Source: Fibrobacteria bacterium (GTDB taxonomy: Bacteria > Fibrobacterota > Fibrobacteria > UBA11236). From it: a stretch of 36,661 nt of DNA. Position 1 is the stretch's first letter. Each line of letters starts with the position of its first letter. The translations under genes were made by a program, and so were the position numbers. Where the stretch lies: assembly GCA_041746255.1 (NCBI GenBank), contig JBGTHM010000072.1, forward strand, positions 1 to 36,661. Reading direction: 5' to 3'. A model generated the notes under the pieces. That model saw only the letters and a program-made list of their open reading frames with translations, was not told where the DNA came from and made no database searches. Below, piece by piece: positions 28,027 to 36,661 of this stretch.

Positions 28027-29019
28027 ATGCAGAAGACTATATCCGGTTTGGCGCCGGCGGTCATCTTGATTCTGTTCATTGGATCTGCTCAGGCCAAACC
28101 CCTGGATTTGCAAATGGGTTCGCGCGGTTATGGAATGGGTGGCGCCTATGCCGCCATTTCCGACGATGCGACTTCCATCTATTGGAACCCTGCAGGTATG
28201 GTTCAGGTACGTTCCATCACTTTATCGGAAACCAATTGGTTTCTCCAGGATGTAAGCGGTGTCAACGTCAATTATTTCGCCGGACTTGCCCCCGTTGGCA
28301 CCCATGCAGCCGTCGGAGGCGGATGGTTTTTACAATACGCCGGCTTGGAACAAGGAGAACCGGGCACCTCCCAGTATTCGCAGAGCAACTGGTTCGAGCA
28401 CTCCTTCTCCCTGGCCGGAGCCATCCAACTGTGGGAGGAACTCGCATTCTTCAAAAGTACCTCTTTAGGAGTGAGCCTCAACCGTCATGTTCTGACCAGC
28501 GGGAGCGTAAATGGCGCCGGAACCGGATTTGACCTGGGATTTATGACGCATTTTCCGCATGGTGTAAGCTTGGGCCTTGTGGCCCGATCGTTGGGCGCGG
28601 ATATGATGGGTGATAAGATTGATCCGGAATACCGGGTTGGATTGGGATATGGCTGGGCAAGTCCCACCCAAAAGCATAAGGTGACCGTAGCCATTGACGG
28701 GGCTACCAAACATAATGTGGAATACTTGGACGGTGTAGACGGTGTGTCGTTGAATCTTAAGGGCTTGGGTGGAGCGGAATACGCCTACTACCAGGATGAA
28801 TGGTTCGTGGCATTACGGGGAGGCGCAAACGGCATGGTATTCAATTCACGTGAAACCGAAAATCATGCCGTCACGGGGGGCTTCGGTGCGGGCTTTCGCG
28901 GTATCATGATTCAATACGCCTTCCATTACTCGCTGGATCAGGTAATCTCATTGGGGCGTTCCCATAGGATGACTTTCGAGCTGGATTTGGGTCGCTTTCT
29001 CAAGGAGTCCAATCCCTAA
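28027..29019 (+). CDS. PorV/PorQ-family (FadL-like) outer-membrane beta-barrel
   Basis: Hallmark N-terminal motif GSRGYGMGGAYAAISDDATSIYWNPAGM, GFDLG, YRVGLGY, GAEY, LRGG, C-terminal LG.SHR.TF. RBS AAGGAG precedes ATG 28027; signal peptide ending SAQA. Confidence 0.8.
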   Translation: MQKTISGLAPAVILILFIGSAQAKPLDLQMGSRGYGMGGAYAAISDDATSIYWNPAGMVQVRSITLSETNWFLQDVSGVNVNYFAGLAPVGTHAAVGGGWFLQYAGLEQGEPGTSQYSQSNWFEHSFSLAGAIQLWEELAFFKSTSLGVSLNRHVLTSGSVNGAGTGFDLGFMTHFPHGVSLGLVARSLGADMMGDKIDPEYRVGLGYGWASPTQKHKVTVAIDGATKHNVEYLDGVDGVSLNLKGLGGAEYAYYQDEWFVALRGGANGMVFNSRETENHAVTGGFGAGFRGIMIQYAFHYSLDQVISLGRSHRMTFELDLGRFLKESNP

Positions 29020-29037
29020 TCGACTGGAGAACTACTT

Positions 29038-29577
29038 TCAGTTTGAGGGAGTGGTTCCCTTCAGGGCGCCGAACTCTTCCAGCGTAAGCAATTTGTCTTC
29101 CGACTCCATCCTTTCCGGATAGAGTATGCCTTCCAGATGATCATATTCATGCTGAAAAATCCGGGCAGGAAATCCGGATAGGGTTAAGGTGCGTCCGCCT
29201 CCCGTCCGATCGTGGAACGCGACATCCACTTCGCGGTAGCGCGGGACGAGACCACGAAAACCAGGGACGCTCAAACAACCTTCCCAATCCTTCTCAATGG
29301 GCCCGTGAAGACGGAGTATGCGCGGATTGATGACCGCTAAAGGGGGCATTTCCACGGCATCCGGATAACGGGAATTGGATTTGGGTGCCAGGATAAAAAG
29401 ACGCACAGAGCGACCGACCTGGGGCGCCGCGATTCCCACACCCTCATGAGCACCGGTGCTATGGATTAAATCATCGATAAAGCGCTGAAACTCGGGGTCC
29501 TTGAATTCGAGTACTTCCGACGCTTGCCGTTTCAGAAGTTCGTGTTCGCGTTCCAATAACGGCAAGGTATGCGCCAT
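29038..29577 (-). CDS. def: Peptide deformylase
   Basis: GVGIAAPQVG, EGCLSVPG, QHEYDHLEG. Confidence 0.97.
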   Translation of the reverse strand: MAHTLPLLEREHELLKRQASEVLEFKDPEFQRFIDDLIHSTGAHEGVGIAAPQVGRSVRLFILAPKSNSRYPDAVEMPPLAVINPRILRLHGPIEKDWEGCLSVPGFRGLVPRYREVDVAFHDRTGGGRTLTLSGFPARIFQHEYDHLEGILYPERMESEDKLLTLEEFGALKGTTPSN

Positions 29578-29638
29578 ATTTTGAATATACTCGCAAAGTT
29601 GGAAATCGGATCCGGGGAAATTTTTCGTGGGTTCTCCC

Positions 29639-30685
29639 CTAAATCCGGAGGTAGGAGGCCAGGGGGCTCACCCCGAATCCGGGTCCGGGGGACGGCGTCA
29701 ATCGGCTGCCATCCCGCTTTAATCCCTCAAAAGGGTCATCGCGGAGTAGCCAGCTTCCGTCGAGATCCACAAAATCAGCCTCTTGAGCCAGGGCCGCTCC
29801 GGCAGCGATACCCAGACTGGATTCCAGCATGCAACCCACCATGATTTTCAGCCCCAAAGAACGGGCGGCCCTGTGGATTTCCAGGGCCGGGGTCAACCCT
29901 CCGCATTTAACCAGTTTGATATTGATGCCGTGGAAGCGCCCGGGTAAGGCTGCCAGGCTGTCTAGGCTGGTAAGGCTTTCATCGGCAATCAGGATAGGGG
30001 AAGGGGGGCGTGGTTTAATCCATTTTCCCATGCTTGTATCGTCTGCTGGCGGCAGCGGCTGTTCCAGCAGGGAGACGCCTCGCAAGGCAAGGGAAGAGAG
30101 TATGCTGGAAGGTCGTCTGCCCCGCCAGGAAGCATTAGCGTCCACCCAAATATCCCCGGGAAATTCCGAGTGTATCGCCTCGAGAAAATCCCAATCGGGA
30201 GTGGCCCCCAATTTGATTTTGACGATGGAAGCTCCGCGCAACTCTTCCAGCTTGGCTTTGATCTCATTTTTTGAGGAAAGGCCCAAGGTTAGAGCCGTCA
30301 CAACGGGTTTAGGACGTCGGTTCCACAGCATTTCCGAGACGGTGAGACCTTGCAGTTTTCCCGCCAAATCCCATAAGGCCAAATCAAGGGCGCAGCGGGC
30401 CGTACAGGAATAGGGAATATGCTCACCCAGTTCTTGCCACAAATTCGATAAATCCAGATGATTCTGGAGTTTAAGCCGCTTAATGAAATCCACGACTCCC
30501 ATCAAAGCCTCCCAGGCATCATCCGCCCGTTCACCGTAATAATGGTTGGGCGCGGCCTCTCCATAGCCGACGATTCCGTCCTGTTCCAGCGTGACAAAAA
30601 CGTTGTCTACCTGGGTTTTAGTACCGCGGGCGATACGGAAGGCAAAGCGGGGATGGAGGGATTTGATGACAGGGTAGAGTCGCAT
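29639..30685 (-). CDS. L-Ala-D/L-Glu (dipeptide) epimerase, enolase superfamily, YcjG/YkfB-like
   Basis: GYGEAAP, KIKLG, DAN, EQP, ADES, NIKLVKCGG, GCMLES and the DLD signature. Confidence 0.9.
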   Translation of the reverse strand: MRLYPVIKSLHPRFAFRIARGTKTQVDNVFVTLEQDGIVGYGEAAPNHYYGERADDAWEALMGVVDFIKRLKLQNHLDLSNLWQELGEHIPYSCTARCALDLALWDLAGKLQGLTVSEMLWNRRPKPVVTALTLGLSSKNEIKAKLEELRGASIVKIKLGATPDWDFLEAIHSEFPGDIWVDANASWRGRRPSSILSSLALRGVSLLEQPLPPADDTSMGKWIKPRPPSPILIADESLTSLDSLAALPGRFHGINIKLVKCGGLTPALEIHRAARSLGLKIMVGCMLESSLGIAAGAALAQEADFVDLDGSWLLRDDPFEGLKRDGSRLTPSPGPGFGVSPLASYLRI

Positions 30686-30832
30686 AATTTCTCTCTGGAT
30701 TCCTTAATGTAGAAGCATTGCTCCTCGCTCTCCAGGTTGTGCATGTCTTTTAGGATGAATGAATTCCATGGCTATTTCCTTTGGGATTTATTTTTGCTAC
30801 CCTCATTGGGTGAAGCATCCAGGAGTTTCGTC

Positions 30833-31642
30833 ATGTACACTTTAACCCTCGGCCATTCGGTAGAAGGTCGTCCCGTGCAAGTTCGCATGAATTTTCCTCC
30901 GGAGGGTAGGAGAGCTTCGAACAGCGGTGGCACTCTGCTTATTGGAGGAACCCATGGCGATGAAAGCGCAACCGTGCCTTTGCTGGAGGAGTTTTCCGAC
31001 TTGTATTTGCACCGCAATTTACCCGGTCCAACCGCAGTTATCAGCCTTTTCAATCCGGATGGATATACTCGGTCACTCCGCCATAATGCGCGGGGAGTGG
31101 ATTTGAATCGCAATTTCGAATACAATTGGCAAGCCCATGCGCTCGAACCTTCGGGAGATTCCCCCCTGTCGGAACCCGAAACCCAGGCCCTGCGGCGTTT
31201 TCTGGATAGCTTCCGTCCCGATAAAATCGTAAGCCTGCATTGGGCTTTGGGTGAAATCGATCCCGATGGACAGCATAGCCATACTCTGGCCCAAGCCTTG
31301 TGGAATTCGCTTACCGAAACCGAGAGAAAGCCCTACCGCCTTAAAGGTTTTCCGGATTCGGTACCGGCCATAACCGAATGTCCGGGCTCGCTGGGTCAAC
31401 TGTGCGGGTTTGGATTACGTTATCCGGATGGCCGACGCCCGGCCATGGTAACCTTGGAGCTGCCGCACGACCCATGGAGCCCGCGAGGCGAGTCCCTTCC
31501 GGAAAACCATTTCGTGGCGGTGGGAGAATTGTGGCGTAATGAACCTGCTCGCTATATGGAGGCGGTGAGAGAGCCGGTTTACAAAATGCTCCTGGCCGCC
31601 TGCTCCCACAACCCTTCCGCTGTGGAGGCCGCCTCCTTGTGA
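30833..31642 (+). CDS. mpaA: M14 zinc carboxypeptidase, murein tripeptide amidase MpaA-like
   Basis: LGHSVEGRP, GGTHGDE, NPDG, NARGVDLNRNF, SEPET, SLH, PGSLG, TLELP. RBS AGGAG precedes ATG 30833; no signal peptide. Confidence 0.75.
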   Translation: MYTLTLGHSVEGRPVQVRMNFPPEGRRASNSGGTLLIGGTHGDESATVPLLEEFSDLYLHRNLPGPTAVISLFNPDGYTRSLRHNARGVDLNRNFEYNWQAHALEPSGDSPLSEPETQALRRFLDSFRPDKIVSLHWALGEIDPDGQHSHTLAQALWNSLTETERKPYRLKGFPDSVPAITECPGSLGQLCGFGLRYPDGRRPAMVTLELPHDPWSPRGESLPENHFVAVGELWRNEPARYMEAVREPVYKMLLAACSHNPSAVEAASL

Positions 31643-32805
31643 AAATCCGGATTGCTCCCCTGGATTGGGGCCTGGGCCATGCCACGCGCTGTATTCCCCT
31701 AGTTCGTGCCCTCCAAGCCCAAGGACATGAAATCCGTTTGACGGCCGCGGGGCCGGGAATGCTCCTATTTCAAAGGGAATTTCCGGGCTTGCCGATTGAC
31801 GCATGGCAAGGGTATGGTGTACGTTACCCTAAAAATCCGCGTTGGCTTTTTCCTTTTCTGGTCCTACAGTTGCCGCGGATTTTTTCCCGGGTAGTGCGCG
31901 AACACCTGGAATTGCGGAAACTTGTGCGGCTGGGGGAGGTCGATGCGGTGATTTCCGATTGCCGGTTCGGCCTTTTTCATCCTCGAGTACCCTGCTTCAT
32001 GCTTACGCATCAACTTTTCCTACGTCTTCCCGCCTCGCTCGGGCCCTTGCGCCGCCCGCTGGAAAAAGGGGTGTATTTTTTCCACGCCGCATTTTTACGG
32101 CGTTTCCAGGAAGTCTGGATCCCGGATGTATCCGGAGAAAATTCCCTTTCCGGAGAATTAGCCCATGGAAAGCATGGCTTGCCGCATGTGCGTTATATCG
32201 GCCCACTGTCGCGTTTTCATTCCCCTTCCGCCGGGGATACGGTTTCCCCATCCGCTCGCATTCAAGTGGTAGCCGTCCTAAGCGGAACCGAGCCGCAACG
32301 CTCTCTCTTCGAAAAAGAGTTGCTTTCCTTGTTTAAAACTTTGGATGGCACTCGCGTCCTGATTCGGGGTAAGCCCTCCGCCGCACCGGCATCGTGTGAT
32401 TCCGCTTCGGCAGCATCCGAAAACCCTTCGGATGAGCTTCCGCGCTTGGAGCAGGGCGAATTGCATATTTTCGATCACCTTCCTACGCGCGCCTTGGAAG
32501 ACCTTTTGTTGCGAGCGGAAATTCACATCGCCCGCTCCGGTTATTCCACCGTCATGGATTTTCACCGCTTGCGGCTTAAGGGAATACTCTTCGTTCCTAC
32601 TCCCAATCAAACCGAACAGGAATACCTGGCCGCATTTTTATGCGGGCATGGTGTCGCCAACAGCCTGGCACAATCCCAAGTGAGATATTCCCGAAACGCC
32701 GTTGACGCCGCGCGTTTCAATTCCGGATTCTCGAAATTCCAACCATTCGACCCGAGTACTTTGAGGGATTTTCTGGCTGGTCACCCCTTGTTGCATACCG
32801 AATGA
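31639..32805 (+). CDS. Glycosyltransferase, GT-B fold, family 28-like
   Basis: PLDWGLGHATRCIP, ISDCRFG, YIGPLSRF, LSGTEPQR, RSGYSTVMD, PTPNQTEQEYLA. GTGA overlap with mpaA. Confidence 0.88.
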   Translation: MKIRIAPLDWGLGHATRCIPLVRALQAQGHEIRLTAAGPGMLLFQREFPGLPIDAWQGYGVRYPKNPRWLFPFLVLQLPRIFSRVVREHLELRKLVRLGEVDAVISDCRFGLFHPRVPCFMLTHQLFLRLPASLGPLRRPLEKGVYFFHAAFLRRFQEVWIPDVSGENSLSGELAHGKHGLPHVRYIGPLSRFHSPSAGDTVSPSARIQVVAVLSGTEPQRSLFEKELLSLFKTLDGTRVLIRGKPSAAPASCDSASAASENPSDELPRLEQGELHIFDHLPTRALEDLLLRAEIHIARSGYSTVMDFHRLRLKGILFVPTPNQTEQEYLAAFLCGHGVANSLAQSQVRYSRNAVDAARFNSGFSKFQPFDPSTLRDFLAGHPLLHTE

Positions 32806-32845
32806 GCTTTGCCTGGCAGCTGAATAATGTTAAGTTGAAACGCTG

Positions 32846-34561
32846 ATGAATTCCCTGCTTCCAATAGTATTTTTGTTCTTCACCGGTTTTTCCCAAGCCC
32901 TTTGGGCCCAAGCGGACTCCGCTCTCAAACTTCTATTGCAAACCGAAATAAGAAAAAACCATCAGGTTTTGTTGGCAGCCGACTCGCTTTCTCCCTATTT
33001 CATCGCCTATCGGATTAACGACACCCTATCCCTGCAGTATTCGGTAAACAAAGGGGCTGTCATTCAGGATAAGCAAAGCGAATCCCGGGCGCTTAACGTG
33101 GAAGTCCGCGTCGGGGATCACCATTTCGACAATACCCATCCCATGCGCGATAACCTCGATTTCAATTTCTTGACCGGTTATCAGAATGTTCCGCTTCCCC
33201 TGGAAGGCGATGGAGCCGTGGTCCGACGTAATCTTCGCATCGCCACTGATTATGGATATCGAGCCGCCCGCGATCAGTTCAGTAAAATCAAGGCGAACTT
33301 CGACGTGCGGCCGTCATCAGGCAGAGACGGCCTCGATTTCGCCTCCCAGGCGCCCAGTCTCGATTGGCGGCCCGAGTCGCCACCAGCAATTCAACGAGAC
33401 GGACTGGACAGCCTGTACGAAAGGTTACGTTCCGCATCCAAGAAGTTTCAGGGACAAAAACATCTTTATGCCAGCCAAATCGATTTCAACTATACCAAGG
33501 TCCGCAAGCGATTGGTCAACACGGAAGGGACGGCTGTCGCGCAGGATGAGCACATCGGAAATATCGGTATTTATGTGGAGACCAAAGCCGAAGATGGAAT
33601 GATTGTCTGGCTGTCGCGCCAGTTTTTTTTCCGTGACAATCCCGTTAACCTGCCGGTTGATTCGCTGGAGCAACTTCTGGAAGGGTTGGTACGCCGGCTC
33701 GACACCCTGCGGACCGCGCCTGTTCTGGATACCTATGCCGGACCGGTTATTCTGGAAAACGTCGCCGCAGCGGTATTCCTCCATGAAGTATTCGGACACC
33801 GGGTCGAGGGTCATAGGCAAAAAGCGGTTGACGAAGGCCAGACTTTCGTTTCCAAAATAGGGGAGGCCATAACCAACCCGGGTGTTTCCGTCGAAGATAA
33901 CCCGGGCATCCAACACTTACATGGAGAGCCGCTCAACGGCCATTACCTTTATGACGATGAAGGCGTCACGGGTCAACGGGTTCAGCTGATTGAGAAGGGG
34001 GTTTTTCGCAACTTTTTATTGGGACGCTCGGTTTTATCCGACAGTGGCCAATCCAACGGGCATGGACGCGGTTCGTTGGGGCTGTTACCGGTGGCGCGCA
34101 TGGGAAATACCATTCTTACTGCCGATAAGACCGTGCCTCGTCCCGCTCTTCGAGACAGCCTTATCGCCCTGCTTCGGCGCACGGGAAAACCTTATGGTCT
34201 ACTCGTACACGATATCTCCGGAGGATTCACCTATACCGGTCGCGATCTTCCGCAATCCTTTCGGGTTGAACCGCTTTACCTGACCCAGATTTTCGCCGAT
34301 GGAAAACCCGATAGGGTAGTGCGGGGCGCGGATTTGGTGGGAACTCCTTTGGTGAGCCTGGGACAGATTCGCTTGGCGGGAGACGATCCGGCGGTTTTCA
34401 ACGGATATTGCGGAGCCGAATCCGGGTGGATTCCGGTCTCTTCGATTTCACCTTCCTTATTGTTGGGTTCCATGGAATTCGAAACCCGCTCTAAGGATCA
34501 AAACAAGCCGCCATACCTGCCTCCACCCGCGCTTCGACGCCAGGGAGGACGCCAGCCATGA
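32846..34561 (+). CDS. TldD-family metalloprotease with Sec signal peptide
   Basis: HEVFGH zinc motif, YDDEGV....LIEKG, SNGHGR, RMGN, C-terminal GYCGAESG...SP..L. Signal peptide MNSLLPIVFLFFTGFSQALWA|Q. Confidence 0.88.
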   Translation: MNSLLPIVFLFFTGFSQALWAQADSALKLLLQTEIRKNHQVLLAADSLSPYFIAYRINDTLSLQYSVNKGAVIQDKQSESRALNVEVRVGDHHFDNTHPMRDNLDFNFLTGYQNVPLPLEGDGAVVRRNLRIATDYGYRAARDQFSKIKANFDVRPSSGRDGLDFASQAPSLDWRPESPPAIQRDGLDSLYERLRSASKKFQGQKHLYASQIDFNYTKVRKRLVNTEGTAVAQDEHIGNIGIYVETKAEDGMIVWLSRQFFFRDNPVNLPVDSLEQLLEGLVRRLDTLRTAPVLDTYAGPVILENVAAAVFLHEVFGHRVEGHRQKAVDEGQTFVSKIGEAITNPGVSVEDNPGIQHLHGEPLNGHYLYDDEGVTGQRVQLIEKGVFRNFLLGRSVLSDSGQSNGHGRGSLGLLPVARMGNTILTADKTVPRPALRDSLIALLRRTGKPYGLLVHDISGGFTYTGRDLPQSFRVEPLYLTQIFADGKPDRVVRGADLVGTPLVSLGQIRLAGDDPAVFNGYCGAESGWIPVSSISPSLLLGSMEFETRSKDQNKPPYLPPPALRRQGGRQP

Positions 34562-36381
34562 AACGATTTTTTTCCGGTAGCAGGCGTCTGATGCCATCGC
34601 CTCTGGTTACCGCCTCCTTTTTCTGCCTTTCCCTGATTTTTTACGCTTGCGTGGGAAGCCCAACCCTACCGTTGGATAGAAACAGGGGAGAATCCGGATC
34701 CGATTTATTTTCGCAAAACCAACCGGATACCACCGGAATTCTCGAGGCCATGGAGAGGGAATTACAACGCTCGCTGGACAGCTTGCACCTTCATGCCGGG
34801 GCGAAGCCTTATTTTCTGGCCTATATGTATTGGGATATTGAACAATACCGCGTTGAGGCCACTCTCGGCACCCTGGAACAAAATGGCTGGGATAGGATGC
34901 AGTATTTGGGAGTCGATTTGCGTCTGGGAGATTACGAACGGGACAATACCGGTTACCTCGGCTCCATTGTTTTCGGGCCTCGCTTGCGCGCGCCGCTTCC
35001 GCGCAGCAACGATACCACCCTTTTGCGTCAAGCGATATGGGCGGCCACCGATGCCGAATATAAAGTCGCCATCGAAAAGTTGGCTCAGAAGAAAGCGTAC
35101 TTACGCAATCACAGCCAGGAACGCTCCCTTCCCGATTTTTCCCGCCAGGAAATTAATCGCATCGATTTAATGGAAAAACGCATTGAGCCGGATACGAACT
35201 CCCTGAAGGACCTCGGTGTCACGGTAAGCGCGGGCTTTAACGATTACCCCGAACTTCAGGAATCCCGCGCCGCCTACAATTATTTTTACTCCACGCTGTA
35301 CTATGTCGATTCCGAAGGGAGCCGTTATCGCCTAGGTTTTCAGGAGAACACCTTTCTGGTAAGCCTGCTGGCTCAAGCCGACGATGGAGCCCCACTATGG
35401 GATTATTTTCGTTGCTCCCGTCGTGATACCCCGTGGTGCGGCGAGAGCAATGCGACGGATTTAGGCAAAAAAGCGGCTCAGGAGTCGAAAGACCTGGCCG
35501 AGCGGACCTTGCGGCTCTCCCAAAAACCTCCGGAAAGGAACTATAGAGGCCCGGCCCTGCTGCAAAATTCCGCAGGGGGAGATTTGCTCTATAAAGCCCT
35601 CTTGGCGCCCCAGTCGCAATTACGCGAACCCTTGGGTTCCCAATCTCAGCGGCATTTCCTGTTAAGCCTCGAAGGAAGAAAATACTTTCCCACCTTCGTC
35701 TCCATTCAGGACGATCCCGCGCGGTACCAATGGAATGACCAAACTCTATACGGCCATTATGCTTTCGATCACCAAGCCCAATCGGCCCGGGCGGTGGATT
35801 TGGTCAAAGATGGAAAAATTGTCGATTACTACCGGGGGAAAATTCCCCTCCAACCCAATGGGGAGCATAAAAGTAACGGTCATTGGCGCTATGGAGGGGG
35901 ATTTCCCGGAGTGGTGGAGTTACACTCGAAAACAACGCGGAATAACGTAGGCATGTTTCGGGATTTGTGCCGTTTGAGTGAGGAGGAAGGCATCGGTTAT
36001 GCCATGGTTATCGCCAAAGTTGCCGATGAAGATGCCCTAGCCTTGCTGCGACATCCGCTTTCGTCCCGGCTGCGGATTTCCGAGGCGGGAGACGGACGCG
36101 CCTTTGCTCTCAATACGCCGGTGCATATGGGAAAAGTCGATTGCCGTACCCGTAAAATTGACCCCGTCAGGGGACTTACACTCTCTTCCATGGATTCGAA
36201 ATCGCTTCGGGACATCGTAGCCACTGGCGAGTCACCCTCACTTTACGAACCCCAAGCCGCTTTTTCCGCGCTGGTTCCCGATTTGCTTTTCAGTTTGATG
36301 GATATGAAAGGGGATAATCAACCGCAGCCCCGATTACCCTATCTCCCGCCATCGGGGAATTTCGAAAATATCGTCCCCTAA
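34558..36381 (+). CDS. TldE/PmbA-like non-catalytic partner, predicted lipoprotein
   Basis: Paralogous to the upstream gene (PYFLAY, LRLGDY..DNT, ATD..Y, Y.GP, DDP, GHY.FD, LVKDG, SNGH.R) but lacks HExxGH. Lipobox-like IFYA|C. ATGA overlap. Confidence 0.75.
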   Translation: MKRFFSGSRRLMPSPLVTASFFCLSLIFYACVGSPTLPLDRNRGESGSDLFSQNQPDTTGILEAMERELQRSLDSLHLHAGAKPYFLAYMYWDIEQYRVEATLGTLEQNGWDRMQYLGVDLRLGDYERDNTGYLGSIVFGPRLRAPLPRSNDTTLLRQAIWAATDAEYKVAIEKLAQKKAYLRNHSQERSLPDFSRQEINRIDLMEKRIEPDTNSLKDLGVTVSAGFNDYPELQESRAAYNYFYSTLYYVDSEGSRYRLGFQENTFLVSLLAQADDGAPLWDYFRCSRRDTPWCGESNATDLGKKAAQESKDLAERTLRLSQKPPERNYRGPALLQNSAGGDLLYKALLAPQSQLREPLGSQSQRHFLLSLEGRKYFPTFVSIQDDPARYQWNDQTLYGHYAFDHQAQSARAVDLVKDGKIVDYYRGKIPLQPNGEHKSNGHWRYGGGFPGVVELHSKTTRNNVGMFRDLCRLSEEEGIGYAMVIAKVADEDALALLRHPLSSRLRISEAGDGRAFALNTPVHMGKVDCRTRKIDPVRGLTLSSMDSKSLRDIVATGESPSLYEPQAAFSALVPDLLFSLMDMKGDNQPQPRLPYLPPSGNFENIVP

Positions 36382-36384
36382 AAC

Positions 36385-36433
36385 AAAATTCGGCCAAATA
36401 CTCTTGTTTTTCGGCCCGAATTTTCTCTCTTTA
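36385..36433 (+). terminator. Imperfect hairpin with T-rich tail after the TldE-like gene
   Basis: AAAATTCGG (36385-36393) pairs with CCGAATTTT (36416-36424), followed by CTCTCTTT. Confidence 0.5.
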
Positions 36434-36550
36434 AACAGAATCGGACACTAGGCACAGAGTTATTCTTTGCCCCAGCGTCTTATTGGTATTCAAAAGCACA
36501 TCAGATACTTTCGGCCTTAACCTCTGGTAACGGGCCGCCCGGAGAACGTT

Positions 36551-36661
36551 TTGGGACAACAGGAAAAGACGACCGAAATCAAGACCATCATTTCCAATGT
36601 CATCGGCTTTGAAGCCAAGGATATTGAAGTCGATGATCAGTTCATAAACGATTACCGGATT
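36551..36661 (+). CDS. Acyl-carrier-protein-like gene, truncated by the window end
   Basis: Not in the ORF track. GGAG RBS (36541-36544), TTG start, open to the window end: MGQQEKTTEIKTIISNVIGFEAKDIEVDDQFINDYRI, which matches the ACP helix I and loop pattern (IK.II...G.....I.....F..D). Confidence 0.55.
   Translation, partial: MGQQEKTTEIKTIISNVIGFEAKDIEVDDQFINDYRI

Overview
A 36.7 kb bacterial chromosomal segment from a diderm, about 50-55% GC by eye. The gene content (PorV-like barrel, FlgD-type C-terminal domains, Gln-started secreted proteins) suggests the FCB superphylum, most likely Fibrobacterota; this is inference, not a database result. The left half is mostly housekeeping: an unknown outer-membrane protein preceded by a 21-bp direct repeat, a bacilliredoxin, a tightly coupled minus-strand operon (cpoB-bamD-nadD-OMP-purC-purH-smg-trmFO), and a plus-strand run (lptF-lptG-diguanylate cyclase-Na+/solute symporter-tadA-hybrid histidine kinase). 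An SRP RNA gene (ffs, about 20443-20566), absent from the ORF track, follows with a clear promoter and an unusually short helix-8 stem. The most interesting locus is 20763-29019. It holds two tandem-duplicated Ig-repeat surface proteins, each ending in a ZU5/GPS-like domain with a candidate autoproteolytic H-F|T motif just before a FlgD/T9SS-type C-terminal domain, followed by a PorV/PorQ-family barrel. The two paralogues are mosaics of near-identical and strongly diverged blocks. The right end has def, a divergent Ala-Glu epimerase/MpaA pair, a GT28-like glycosyltransferase, an apparently exported TldD plus lipoprotein TldE-like pair, and the start of an ACP-like gene. No CRISPR array, tRNA, rRNA, transposase or integrase was seen.
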